From positions 1-61,438 of the IMG/VR virus record IMGVR_UViG_3300020595_001672: a stretch of DNA of 61,438 nucleotides; one strand, given 5' to 3'. This stretch comes from a virus (Duplodnaviria; Caudoviricetes). Shown here in pieces: positions 1 through 9,270 of the stretch; the stretch's first letter is position 1; every line of letters starts with the position of its first letter. The position numbers and the translations under genes were made by a program. Below the pieces are notes generated by a model, which was not told the DNA's origin, searched no databases, and was given only the letters and a program-made list of their open reading frames with translations.

Positions 1-108
1 ACAGCTATTAAGGATAGTTGGGATTCTGATGAAAAGATTCCACGTTGTGAAAGTGTCTGTAAACAAAAGATACGAGATAAATTTATAAGAGAGAAGTTAA
101 ATGACTAA
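1..108 (+). CDS. 3' end of upstream gene (partial), possibly a radical SAM/SPASM C-terminus
   Basis: Frame 1 reads ...SWDSDEKIPRCESVCKQKIRDKFIREKLND*; CxxxC near the C-terminus; stop overlaps the ATG at 101. Confidence 0.55.
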   Translation, partial: TAIKDSWDSDEKIPRCESVCKQKIRDKFIREKLND

Positions 109-154
109 CGCACCATCAGAAACATTTTGTTATACAGCAACCTCGCATAAATAA
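101..154 (+). pseudogene. Orphaned 5' stub of the radical SAM gene (MTNAPSETFC...)
   Basis: ATG overlaps the upstream stop; PSETFC is identical to the start of the 796-2208 protein; 106-130 matches 810-834 at 23/25 nt. Confidence 0.7.
147..153 (+). promoter_or_regulatory. T4-like late promoter core ATAAATA, 5 nt before the endonuclease ATG
   Basis: ataaataacactatg (147-161) is identical to the - strand 15-mer at 52585-52599. Confidence 0.65.
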
Positions 155-158
155 CACT

Positions 159-812
159 ATGTACTACTTAATTTATGAAACTACAAATTTAGTAAACGGT
201 AAAAGGTATATAGGAATGCATCAGACTGAGGATTTAAATTCTTCGTATCTCGGTAGCGGGTTAGCGTTAGCAGCAGCTATTGAAAAATACGGGCGCGAAA
301 GCTTTAGTAAAAAAATACTACACAGCTTAAACTCTCGTGAAGAAATGATAGCTATGGAAAAAAAATTAGTTACACAAGAAATAGTTGAATCTGATGACTA
401 TTACAATTTGCGTATTGGCGGCCACGGCGGAAAGCTAACTGACGATATAAAGAAAAAAATCGGTGCTAAGTCAAAAGCTTGGTGGAGTCAAAAATCTCCT
501 GCCGAACGAACAGAACATATACGACATATGCAACGAAATTATACAACTGAGCGTCGTTCGGAAGTTTCATCTGGCGTTAATAACGGCATGTACGGAAAAC
601 AACATACCGAAGAAACAAAGAAAAAACTTCAAGAGAACAGCGCTAAAGCAGATCATACAATTACAAAATGGAAACACACCGACGGGTGTGTATTTGTCGG
701 TACAATGCGTGATTTCTATAAAACGTATAACCTCTGCAGGGCTTGGTGTATGCGTGTTCGCAGGGGCGAGAAAAAAACAATTAAAGGATGGCAGTATGTC
801 GGAGAAGTTTAA
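159..812 (+). CDS. GIY-YIG (Seg-like) homing endonuclease with NUMOD3-type motif
   Basis: LIYETTNLVNGKRYIG, YLGSG, YYN core; NGMYGKQHTEETKKKL. Confidence 0.9.
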   Translation: MYYLIYETTNLVNGKRYIGMHQTEDLNSSYLGSGLALAAAIEKYGRESFSKKILHSLNSREEMIAMEKKLVTQEIVESDDYYNLRIGGHGGKLTDDIKKKIGAKSKAWWSQKSPAERTEHIRHMQRNYTTERRSEVSSGVNNGMYGKQHTEETKKKLQENSAKADHTITKWKHTDGCVFVGTMRDFYKTYNLCRAWCMRVRRGEKKTIKGWQYVGEV

Positions 813-2208
813 CCCACCGTCAGAAACATTTTGTATTCTACCTTGGATGCATCTATCAACACGACCGGACGGAAGTCTCAGAGTTTGCTGTACAGCAAAC
901 GCAAGCTCAGTTGGTGCTACTAACGATAAAGTACATGGCGGCCAAGTAGGCATTCTCAAAACCGAAGACGGAAAACCTAACAATCTTAATGTTAGTGACT
1001 TTGAAACAGCATGGAACAGTACGTATATGAAGAACGTGCGTACTCAAATGCTTAATGGTGAAGTGCCACCGAGCTGTGTTAAGTGTTTTAAAGAAGAAGC
1101 AGCAGGGCATCGTAGTAAACGTCAGTGGGAAACGCACTATTGGAGTCAACGTGTAGACGTTGAGCGTCTTGTAGCAGACACAAACGAAGACGGCAGTGTA
1201 CCTCCGCAGCTTGCGTATATTGATCTACGCTTTGGAACAAAGTGTCAGTTGGCTTGTGTTATGTGTTCGCCTCACGATAGCTCAGGTTGGATTAAAGACT
1301 ACAAAGCTATCTTTCCAGAAGTAGAAAACGCTAGCCTTAAAACTACAATGCAGTGGAAAGACAAAGGCAGCTATAATGGTAGTAGCTATAACTGGCACAA
1401 ACAGAACCCTGTATTCTGGGAACAGTTCTACGAGCAAATGCCGCATATGCAGCAGATCTACTTCGCGGGCGGCGAGAGTCTTATTATTGAAGAGCATTAC
1501 GAGATTCTTGAAGAAGCCATTCGACAAGGCGTAGCAAAAGACCTAGAGCTACGTTACAACTCGAACGGGGTTGAATGGCGTGAAGACTTATTTGATCTAT
1601 GGAAAGAGTTTAAGCTGGTTCGTTTCCACTATTCAGTAGACAGCATTCACGAGATGAACGATTACATTCGTTACCCAAGCGAATGGAAACGTACTGAAGA
1701 AGTGTTCCATATCCTTGATAAAGAAACAAGCGATAATGTTGAAGTAACTGTTGCTTGCGCTGTACAAGCTCTTAACGTATACTACTTGCCTGATTTTATT
1801 AAGTGGAAACTAGAGCAAGGCTTTACAAAGATCAACATGTGGCCGTTCGGCGCAGGCGGCATTAACTATCACTTTGTATATCATCCACCGCACCTAAATG
1901 TAAAAGTACTTCCGGAATGGTTCAAGGCAGAATGCCGCAAAAAGTACGAAGAATTCTACCCATGGTGGGAAGCTAATTGGGAAAAAGGCATTCCAAGCTG
2001 GCATAGAGGTAAAGTAGATTACGAAACATGGCGTAATGCCGACTATGGCATTAAGCGTCTTGAAGGTATGCTAAGCTTTATGGAAAGCGAAGACTGGAGT
2101 ATTAGACTGCCTGAGACTAAGGAATTCTTACAACTATGCGACAAACAGCGTGGCTTAAACTTTGCTGATGTATTCCCTGAAATGAAGGATATTTTTAATG
2201 AGCTTTGA
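796..2208 (+). CDS. Radical SAM protein with N-terminal Twitch/SPASM-like Cys domain
   Basis: CQLACVMC (CxxxCxxC), FAGGE; N-terminal FCILPW...CC...CVKC. Start moved from 463 to ATG 796, which has AAGGA upstream. Confidence 0.9.
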   Translation: MSEKFNPPSETFCILPWMHLSTRPDGSLRVCCTANASSVGATNDKVHGGQVGILKTEDGKPNNLNVSDFETAWNSTYMKNVRTQMLNGEVPPSCVKCFKEEAAGHRSKRQWETHYWSQRVDVERLVADTNEDGSVPPQLAYIDLRFGTKCQLACVMCSPHDSSGWIKDYKAIFPEVENASLKTTMQWKDKGSYNGSSYNWHKQNPVFWEQFYEQMPHMQQIYFAGGESLIIEEHYEILEEAIRQGVAKDLELRYNSNGVEWREDLFDLWKEFKLVRFHYSVDSIHEMNDYIRYPSEWKRTEEVFHILDKETSDNVEVTVACAVQALNVYYLPDFIKWKLEQGFTKINMWPFGAGGINYHFVYHPPHLNVKVLPEWFKAECRKKYEEFYPWWEANWEKGIPSWHRGKVDYETWRNADYGIKRLEGMLSFMESEDWSIRLPETKEFLQLCDKQRGLNFADVFPEMKDIFNEL

Positions 2209-3418
2209 TACAGTAGACCTGTTAACAGGCAACATATTTCAAGTTACGTGGGACTTAGGTCGTCGCTGTAATTACGATTGTACCTATTGCCCAGCACACC
2301 GACATGATAACTTCTCAAAGCACGCAACTCTTGATGAGCTTAAAAACAGTGTAGACTTTGTATTTGGTTATATTGACACATATATGGAACATCGTCACCT
2401 TAAGAAAGACACAAGTATTAGTTTTACTGGCGGCGAACCTACAGTAAACCCAAACTTCATACCGTTTGCTAAGTATCTCAAAGAAGAATACGAGCGCCGC
2501 TATAAAGACAAGTGGCATGCCGGCTTTGCTCTTACTAGTAATGGTGCGTTCAGTCAAAAGATGGCCGACGCTATTATCGAAAGCATGAATCATATTACTG
2601 TAAGCTTTCATACCGAAGCCGATAAGAAGCTAAAGAAAACTATTATCGAACGTATTCTTTACATTCATAGACATAATAAAGGCCGACGGGCCGATGATCC
2701 TTTACATTGTTCTATTAGTGTAAACGTAATGTTTCACGCACACCCTGAATACTTTGACGAATGTAAAGAACTGTGCGAGCTGCTACACGAAGAAGGTGTT
2801 AAGTATACCCCTCGTGTAATTGGTGAAGAGCCTGATAGTGCTAGTGATTTTGCGCACAAGTACACTGAAGACCAACTTGACTATATGAAAAACTACTGGC
2901 GCAATATTCAAAAGAAGATTGACGAAAAAACAAGTAGACAAGAAGTTAATCATCAAACAAGCGCTGCTGGTAAGGATAAAACAGCAGAAACTAAAAAGCT
3001 CGGGATGAGCATCGGCCGTCCTTGCTGTGGGCAGCGTGAAATGTGTCTTAGTAGCCAAGGGCAAGACCGTAAGTCAACATTTGTTGACATGCGTGAATTT
3101 AAAGGTTGGCACTGTAGCGTTAACTGGTTCTTCCTACACCTAGAGCAACAAACTGATCAAGTATTCCATCATCAGACCTGCCAAGCAAAGTTTGACGGCA
3201 CTCGCGGTCCTATTGGTAAGATTAGTGAAGGTCAGCAGATCATTGATGACCTTAAGGCAAACATGGAAGCAAAAACAATGCCTACAGTTATATGCCCTAA
3301 GCATACATGCGGATGCGGTCTTTGTGCTCCTAAGAGCTTACACAAAGAAAACTACGAAAAGGTTCTGCTTAATCACGTAACACCGACTGTATTTGAAAAT
3401 AGTCTATTGAAGGAATAA
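2198..3418 (+). CDS. Radical SAM protein with Cys-rich C-terminus
   Basis: CNYDCTYC, FTGGEP; RPCCG, GWHC, CPKHTCGCGLCAPK. Confidence 0.9.
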   Translation: MSFDTVDLLTGNIFQVTWDLGRRCNYDCTYCPAHRHDNFSKHATLDELKNSVDFVFGYIDTYMEHRHLKKDTSISFTGGEPTVNPNFIPFAKYLKEEYERRYKDKWHAGFALTSNGAFSQKMADAIIESMNHITVSFHTEADKKLKKTIIERILYIHRHNKGRRADDPLHCSISVNVMFHAHPEYFDECKELCELLHEEGVKYTPRVIGEEPDSASDFAHKYTEDQLDYMKNYWRNIQKKIDEKTSRQEVNHQTSAAGKDKTAETKKLGMSIGRPCCGQREMCLSSQGQDRKSTFVDMREFKGWHCSVNWFFLHLEQQTDQVFHHQTCQAKFDGTRGPIGKISEGQQIIDDLKANMEAKTMPTVICPKHTCGCGLCAPKSLHKENYEKVLLNHVTPTVFENSLLKE

Positions 3419-3419
3419 T

Positions 3420-4217
3420 ATGAAAGTAGCAGTATTTGGTGATAGTTTTGGTTCGTATGTAGAAGATCACTTTGCGTTAAGGCCTGATAGCTTTTCGTGG
3501 GCAAAACAAATTCGATCTCAGTATGATGCTAAAATGTATTCCCGGTCAGGGACTAGTTTATATTGGAGTTATCGAGAGTTTACAGAACATCAACACAAGT
3601 ATGATAAGATTATATTTGTAGCTGGTATAAATGATAGACGAAAACTAAACCTCTCAAAATCAGAAATAAAAACCAAAACCAAAGACAAAAGTATTGATAA
3701 TTTTTTAAGCATAACACCGGCATTATTAGATAAATCGCATCCATTACATGCTAGTTATAAAGATTGGTATAATAAAAATACCTACGTAAACTGGAAAGAT
3801 ATATACAACACACTTAAAGGGTATTATACCTATATACATAGCAGTGCAGAAAACTTTCATTATTCGCGGCTTATGGTAAACTATGTTCAGTCGTTTCCTA
3901 ATACACTAGTTATACCCGCATTTAGAACTTCATATCGAGATTATGTTAACGAAGAAAAAAACTATTTAAACTATGACTGTGATATTAGTCTAGTAGATAT
4001 ACAATGTTTAGAGTGTGATCATTGGGGCATTAATCATGCCGAACAAGGACACAAATATATAGATACAAGGCATGGTCATCTAACTGACGACAACAATAGA
4101 ATACTTTATGATAAAATACAAAATTGGTTAGGCACTGGTGAATTTAGTATGCTTAAAGAAGATTTTGCAAATACGTTTCGCCCGGCGTCTTATTATTATA
4201 AGGAAAAACAACATTGA
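3420..4217 (+). CDS. SGNH/GDSL-like hydrolase or acyltransferase
   Basis: N-terminal VFGDSF, C-terminal DTRHGHLT; paralog of 4810-5541. Confidence 0.6.
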   Translation: MKVAVFGDSFGSYVEDHFALRPDSFSWAKQIRSQYDAKMYSRSGTSLYWSYREFTEHQHKYDKIIFVAGINDRRKLNLSKSEIKTKTKDKSIDNFLSITPALLDKSHPLHASYKDWYNKNTYVNWKDIYNTLKGYYTYIHSSAENFHYSRLMVNYVQSFPNTLVIPAFRTSYRDYVNEEKNYLNYDCDISLVDIQCLECDHWGINHAEQGHKYIDTRHGHLTDDNNRILYDKIQNWLGTGEFSMLKEDFANTFRPASYYYKEKQH

Positions 4218-4810
4218 TACCGATAAAACAAGGACCAGTGGGAGTTTTAGTAAGCGGCGGCGCAGACAGTGCTATGCTGCTTTATCTCTTAATGAAATAT
4301 CACGCTGATCAGATTTATATTTTTACACTTGCTAGTTCTCTAAAAAATAATGTAAATGCTAAGCACACTATTGATGTAATTAGCAAATGTTCAGAGCTAA
4401 CTGGTAATGAAAACTTTGAACATATAATGTCGTATTGCTATACTCAAACACCGAACGAGCTGTTTAGAAAAACATCAGAATATTTAAAGAATGGCACAGT
4501 TAATTGGGTATACACAGGGGTTACTAAAAATCCACCCAAATCAGTAACACGAGAATTTCATGACGAAACAACAGAATCACAAGAACGGGATCCTAATGTT
4601 GAACGTCCGATAATTCTCGAAGATAAAAAATATATAACGCCTTTTACTAACATAGATAAAAAAGGGTTAGCTGACTTGTATAAGCAGCACAATCTTACAG
4701 ATACGCTATTTCCACTTACCCGTAGTTGTGAATCATTAGAATATCTTACTGAGCACTGTGAAACCTGCTGGTGGTGTGAAGAGCGCAAATGGGGGTTTGG
4801 TAGTCTATAA
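4214..4810 (+). CDS. QueC-like PP-loop ATP pyrophosphatase
   Basis: VSGGADS PP-loop; TRSC-x9-C-x2-C-x2-C zinc motif; TTG start. Confidence 0.75.
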   Translation: MIPIKQGPVGVLVSGGADSAMLLYLLMKYHADQIYIFTLASSLKNNVNAKHTIDVISKCSELTGNENFEHIMSYCYTQTPNELFRKTSEYLKNGTVNWVYTGVTKNPPKSVTREFHDETTESQERDPNVERPIILEDKKYITPFTNIDKKGLADLYKQHNLTDTLFPLTRSCESLEYLTEHCETCWWCEERKWGFGSL

Positions 4811-5541
4811 TGAAAATAGCAGTATATGGCGACAGCTTTAGTGATATAGTTAAATATCAAAAAGCAAAGAATTATATTGGACCGCATGTAAGTCAATCAT
4901 GGCCAGCACGACTAGAAAAAAAATATGATGTAGAAAACTTTTCAAAAACAACTACTGGTTTAGAATGGTCGTACAACCTTGCTATATCTAATGACATAGA
5001 ATATGATAGAATTATTTTCTTAGCATCACATGTTGACAGGCTAATGATTAACAGTTCTTGGAGTAAAGAAGCAGGGCAAGAACATATTAATCAGGCTGCT
5101 ATTGGCAATGGTAACAGATTCTTCACAAAGACTATTTTAAAAGCAGCTCAGCAGTACTACGCCTATTTTACAAATCGAGAATTCTCTCATAACAGAGTAA
5201 CACTTATGTATAATGATCTAAAGCAGAGATTCGGCGATAGGCTATTATTACTGAGAATATTTTCAGACGGACTGGCTAATAAAGGTATCTATAATTGTGA
5301 TAACGAAATGCTTCTTAGTGATATACAAGCAGAAGAAATAAAACAACACTACGGCAGGCAGTGTGATTTAACCAAGCTTCTATCACGTGGCGATCTACGC
5401 ACTTGCCACCTTACTAATCCGCATCACGAAATGATGTTTAATAAACTAGATCATTGGATACAAACTAAAGAATTTAGCCTAACACAGACAGATGTGATAA
5501 CTATTAATACACAGGAACTAGCAAAGTACTTTAATGACTGA
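4810..5541 (+). CDS. SGNH/GDSL-like hydrolase or acyltransferase
   Basis: VYGDSF, WSY, YDRIIF and DLRTCHLT shared with 3420-4217. Confidence 0.6.
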   Translation: MKIAVYGDSFSDIVKYQKAKNYIGPHVSQSWPARLEKKYDVENFSKTTTGLEWSYNLAISNDIEYDRIIFLASHVDRLMINSSWSKEAGQEHINQAAIGNGNRFFTKTILKAAQQYYAYFTNREFSHNRVTLMYNDLKQRFGDRLLLLRIFSDGLANKGIYNCDNEMLLSDIQAEEIKQHYGRQCDLTKLLSRGDLRTCHLTNPHHEMMFNKLDHWIQTKEFSLTQTDVITINTQELAKYFND

Positions 5542-6646
5542 TTTAAAATGGTCGGAATACGACTTTACAAAAATACCATTTGATGACATAGTGCAAGTAG
5601 GACAGCGCACCCTACTGTATAGAGACTTGTTTACAGTAAGCTGGCTACTAGGGCGCTTCTGTAACTATCGCTGTAGCTATTGCTGGCCCTATGCTCGTAG
5701 TGACAAAAAAGATCACAGGCCTACAGAGTTGTGTTTAAGGACAATAGATGAAATTAAAAGACAAGCTCGTGAAAATGGTTTCAACTCGTTTCATTTTTCG
5801 CTTAGTGGCGGTGAGCCTACTTTTCATCCTGGTTACTTGGATATTTTATCATATCTGGCTGGCGATGTTGGTAATACTAATTATACAAGCATTCATATGA
5901 CGTCAAACTGCTCTCGGCCTAAGAAATGGTTTGAGACTTATGTAGAGAGTGCTAAGGCATTTCACCGTGCTAGCATTACTGCTAGCTTACACACAGAGCA
6001 CCTAAACACTCGTGAGAAGATGCAGGACTTTGCTGACAAGCTTATACTGTGCCAAGAGCACGATGTACAAGTAACTATCAACATGGTAATGGTTCCGGAG
6101 TGGTTTGAGAAAGACTGGGACAATGCTATGTTCTTTCACGAGCAAGGTATCAACGTGACACTAAAGCCGCAAAGCGACCCTACAGCCAGTCGTGTAGTTG
6201 ACGGTTATACAGACGATATGAAACAACGTCTGTATAACGGTATGCCTCAAATGGCTTACACTGAAGTTAAGCGTAAGTGGGCAGACCGTCCTAAGCCTAA
6301 TTTCCAGATACCACAAAACATACAAGGTCAGAACGACAAAAGTGTACCTTGGCATATGCAGGTAGAGTTTACAGACTCTAAAGGCAAAAAGTGGTACATG
6401 GACCAAGCAGAGCGCTTTAACGCATTTAACTTTAATAACTTCGAAGGCTGGCAGTGTAACGCAGGCTACAGTGGGATTATCATACGTGAACCAGACGGTA
6501 GTGTAAAGCGTAGTTATAGCTGTCACGATGTGCCGCTCGGTAACATCGAAACAGGATTCAAGTTGTTTGATAAGCCGCAGCCTTGTATTACTAGTAGTTG
6601 TGTTAGCAGCGCCGATAGCAAGATACCAAAACGCAAAGTTAGCTAA
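5534..6646 (+). CDS. Radical SAM protein, paralog of 2198-3418
   Basis: CNYRCSYC, LSGGEP; FEGWQC, SC, CITSSC. Confidence 0.9.
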   Translation: MTDLKWSEYDFTKIPFDDIVQVGQRTLLYRDLFTVSWLLGRFCNYRCSYCWPYARSDKKDHRPTELCLRTIDEIKRQARENGFNSFHFSLSGGEPTFHPGYLDILSYLAGDVGNTNYTSIHMTSNCSRPKKWFETYVESAKAFHRASITASLHTEHLNTREKMQDFADKLILCQEHDVQVTINMVMVPEWFEKDWDNAMFFHEQGINVTLKPQSDPTASRVVDGYTDDMKQRLYNGMPQMAYTEVKRKWADRPKPNFQIPQNIQGQNDKSVPWHMQVEFTDSKGKKWYMDQAERFNAFNFNNFEGWQCNAGYSGIIIREPDGSVKRSYSCHDVPLGNIETGFKLFDKPQPCITSSCVSSADSKIPKRKVS

Positions 6647-7389
6647 TGGAGTTGTGGCCGCACATTCCATACAATAAAGACGACGAGCCTAAATTTCTTT
6701 TTATGCTAACATCGCCAAATAGCGGATCGACAGCAATGGCGCAAATAGCAACTACAGCTAGTAACATTGAATTACTTCACAGTAAAGGTGAAGGACAGCA
6801 GTTGATTCCAGGAATGTTTGAAATAGACAGATGGTCTCCAGAAAAGTATATTGACTACGAATCAGTTAAGTCAGTATGGCTAGCAAAATATCAATCACTT
6901 AAAAAGCAAAATCCTTTGGTTAATACTATTTTTGAAAAGAGTCCACCTAATCAAGTTAGGATCTATAACATTATTAAAATGTTTAAGGACACGTCGCTAT
7001 TGATCAATGTAAGAAATCCTTACGCTAATTGTGCTAGTAGATTGTATCGGTATTATAATTACACTGATCAAAGAAGCAAAAGCTTACATGAGCTAGCAAA
7101 CAATTGGGTCAGAGAAAGTACTAATCTAAAACAGATAGCACACAACACTAGCTCTCAGATTATAACATACGAGCAATTTTGTAATAATCCTAATATACTA
7201 TCAACTTTTTTATCGACAGATGTTGATATATCTGTTAAAATAAAAATAAAGGATTATGAACCTAGTCTAGTAACAAACTATAATGATAAGCAGATAAGTA
7301 AGCTTACAGCTGAAGACATTAGCATTATAAGTTCTGTCATCCGGCATCACTCGGAGCTAGTAGAGTTTTATGGATATGAAGTACTTTAA
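6646..7389 (+). CDS. Sulfotransferase family protein
   Basis: PNSGST (5'-PSB-like loop), EKSP, VRNPYANCAS (3'-PB), ITYEQF. Confidence 0.75.
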   Translation: MELWPHIPYNKDDEPKFLFMLTSPNSGSTAMAQIATTASNIELLHSKGEGQQLIPGMFEIDRWSPEKYIDYESVKSVWLAKYQSLKKQNPLVNTIFEKSPPNQVRIYNIIKMFKDTSLLINVRNPYANCASRLYRYYNYTDQRSKSLHELANNWVRESTNLKQIAHNTSSQIITYEQFCNNPNILSTFLSTDVDISVKIKIKDYEPSLVTNYNDKQISKLTAEDISIISSVIRHHSELVEFYGYEVL

Positions 7390-7957
7390 AGAATTAACAG
7401 AGTTGCCTACATTAAATTTGTGGGACGAATTTAATCAATTGCTTGATAATAACACTATCAGTTGGCACCCGCATGAAAGAGACCAAATTTGTGTTAATAC
7501 AGTTCCAGGCGAAGAAAGATCTATACACTTTGGACGAGGTAGTCTACAGTATGATTGGGATAACGCATACGAAGATAACAGCGGAAAACTAGTAGTTCCA
7601 AAGCGTAAAGTAAAACTATTAGAAAGTGATTTTACTGTATTGTGCGAACAATTCAAAGGTACGTTGTTTGAAGAAGTATACACTGCGCTATCAGCAAAGT
7701 TTTTGCTAGGCAGAGTGCGTATTATGAATCTAAAGCCTAAAACTTGTTTGTCTTGGCACGTGGACAGCCATCCCAGAGTTCATTACCCGCTAAAAACACA
7801 ACAGGGATGTATGATGATTATTGAAAATGAGCTACAAGTGTTAGAACAAGGCAAGTGGTATCACACAAATACAGTATATTCTCATACTGCTATAAATAGT
7901 AGTAAAGAAGAACGGTATCATTTAGTTGCTACTGTTATTGAGGTACTAGATGCATAA
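7370..7957 (+). CDS. Fe(II)/2OG oxygenase, Asp/Asn beta-hydroxylase-like
   Basis: RVRIM...WHVD...RVHYPL...HTAIN...RYHLV (HxD...H...R). Confidence 0.8.
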   Translation: MDMKYFKELTELPTLNLWDEFNQLLDNNTISWHPHERDQICVNTVPGEERSIHFGRGSLQYDWDNAYEDNSGKLVVPKRKVKLLESDFTVLCEQFKGTLFEEVYTALSAKFLLGRVRIMNLKPKTCLSWHVDSHPRVHYPLKTQQGCMMIIENELQVLEQGKWYHTNTVYSHTAINSSKEERYHLVATVIEVLDA

Positions 7958-8672
7958 TACTACTAAATTATTAATTAATCATGCGTTTGCGCATTTGCTT
8001 TTAATTCCTGCGGTTATGTACGGCGAGTGGTGGATGTGGCTCGCTGGCTTCCTTTGGTGGTATATTATTGCTATTGTAGCCATTAGTGGAGGCTATCACA
8101 GGTACTACAGTCATCGAGCATTTAAAGCAGGCAGTTGGTATGAATATGCTGTTAACATATTAGGTATCTTTAGTGGCGCCGGACCGGCAATGACCTGGGC
8201 AGCAGTACATAAGCAGCATCATGCAAGTAGTGATACCGAAAATGATCCGCACAGCTATCATACTAAAGGTGTGTGGGCAGTGTATATGAACACTTGGGGA
8301 TACACGGCTAAGATACACCGTCGCTATATAAAGCAGTTGATGAAGAGTTCAACACTTAAATGGTTTTACGAAAATTACTTTATTTTAAATATATGTATTG
8401 TTATTATACTGTTTGCTATTGATCCAATGCTGTTAGTGTTTGGATATGGGTTGCCAGTTGTACTTGCGTTTCACGGGTATGGATTACTTAACTTACTGGG
8501 TCATAGAAACGCACAGCCTAATAATTCTTGGGTTGCTAACATATTAACTGCTGGCGAAGGTTGGCACGCTAATCATCATAAAAAAGCATACGATTATAAG
8601 ATTGGATGGGAATGGTGGCAGTTTGATCCAACTAAATGGTTTATTCAAGCTATAAGGACTGATAGAAAGTAG
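7950..8672 (+). CDS. Membrane fatty acid desaturase (delta-9 type)
   Basis: His boxes HRYYSH, HKQHH and GEGWHANHH; hydrophobic segments. Confidence 0.92.
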   Translation: MHNTTKLLINHAFAHLLLIPAVMYGEWWMWLAGFLWWYIIAIVAISGGYHRYYSHRAFKAGSWYEYAVNILGIFSGAGPAMTWAAVHKQHHASSDTENDPHSYHTKGVWAVYMNTWGYTAKIHRRYIKQLMKSSTLKWFYENYFILNICIVIILFAIDPMLLVFGYGLPVVLAFHGYGLLNLLGHRNAQPNNSWVANILTAGEGWHANHHKKAYDYKIGWEWWQFDPTKWFIQAIRTDRK

Positions 8673-8673
8673 C

Positions 8674-9270
8674 ATGAAGCCGTACCTTGTCCTCGACGAT
8701 TATTTCTTAGCAGACGACAAAGTATTACAAGATGCTTTGAATTTTTATAGGCAAGACAAATTTCAAGACTTTCGTCTAGTCTCTCCTGGCAAGATGGTTG
8801 ACGCATATGCGTTTGATGAAGTTATTTCTAAGAATAAAGAACTTGTAGAATACAAGCAAGAGCATTTACAGCCAATAGCTGATAAGTTTTTAGAAAGATT
8901 TAATTTAACTGATGTTAAAAGTAGGTGTTTCTTTTTTGTAGTACAAGAAGACAAGTACGCAGGATGGCATGTAGACGCTGGCAAGGTTGCTACGTCGCCG
9001 TCTGGCACTGTAGTTGATCAAAAATCACTAATAACAACAGCAATGAATTACAGCTTTAATCGAGAACGGCGTGCTCCTGTAAAATGGAGAGATGTTGATC
9101 AAAATATTATTGCTGAACTTTCTTCTTATAAATGCGCTATCTTAGACGTACTAACTGAGCATATGGTTGATAGTAAAGATCAAAACTTTCCTGAACGAGC
9201 AAATTTTAAGATGTCTTTTTATGAAATTCCGTATGCTGAAATAAGAAGAAGAATCAAGAGAGCGCTATAA
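8674..9270 (+). CDS. Putative Fe(II)/2OG oxygenase
   Basis: WHVD...EHMV...ERANFKMSF. Confidence 0.55.
   Translation: MKPYLVLDDYFLADDKVLQDALNFYRQDKFQDFRLVSPGKMVDAYAFDEVISKNKELVEYKQEHLQPIADKFLERFNLTDVKSRCFFFVVQEDKYAGWHVDAGKVATSPSGTVVDQKSLITTAMNYSFNRERRAPVKWRDVDQNIIAELSSYKCAILDVLTEHMVDSKDQNFPERANFKMSFYEIPYAEIRRRIKRAL

Larger units (their letters stand above)
131..834 (+). mobile_element. Free-standing homing endonuclease cassette bounded by a 25-nt imperfect direct repeat
   Basis: GIY-YIG ORF with its own late promoter lies between repeat copies 106-130 and 810-834. Confidence 0.7.

Noticed and set aside
463-795. 111-codon N-terminal extension of the radical SAM ORF
   Set aside because: It lies wholly within the endonuclease gene in another frame, with no recognisable motif; ATG 796 has an SD.
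131-834. Group I intron or translational bypass in the radical SAM gene
   Set aside because: The ORF fills the insert, leaving no room for a ribozyme core. No U/G splice-site pair restores the frame. 704 nt is far longer than the 50-nt T4 gene 60 hop, and the downstream part has its own SD and ATG.
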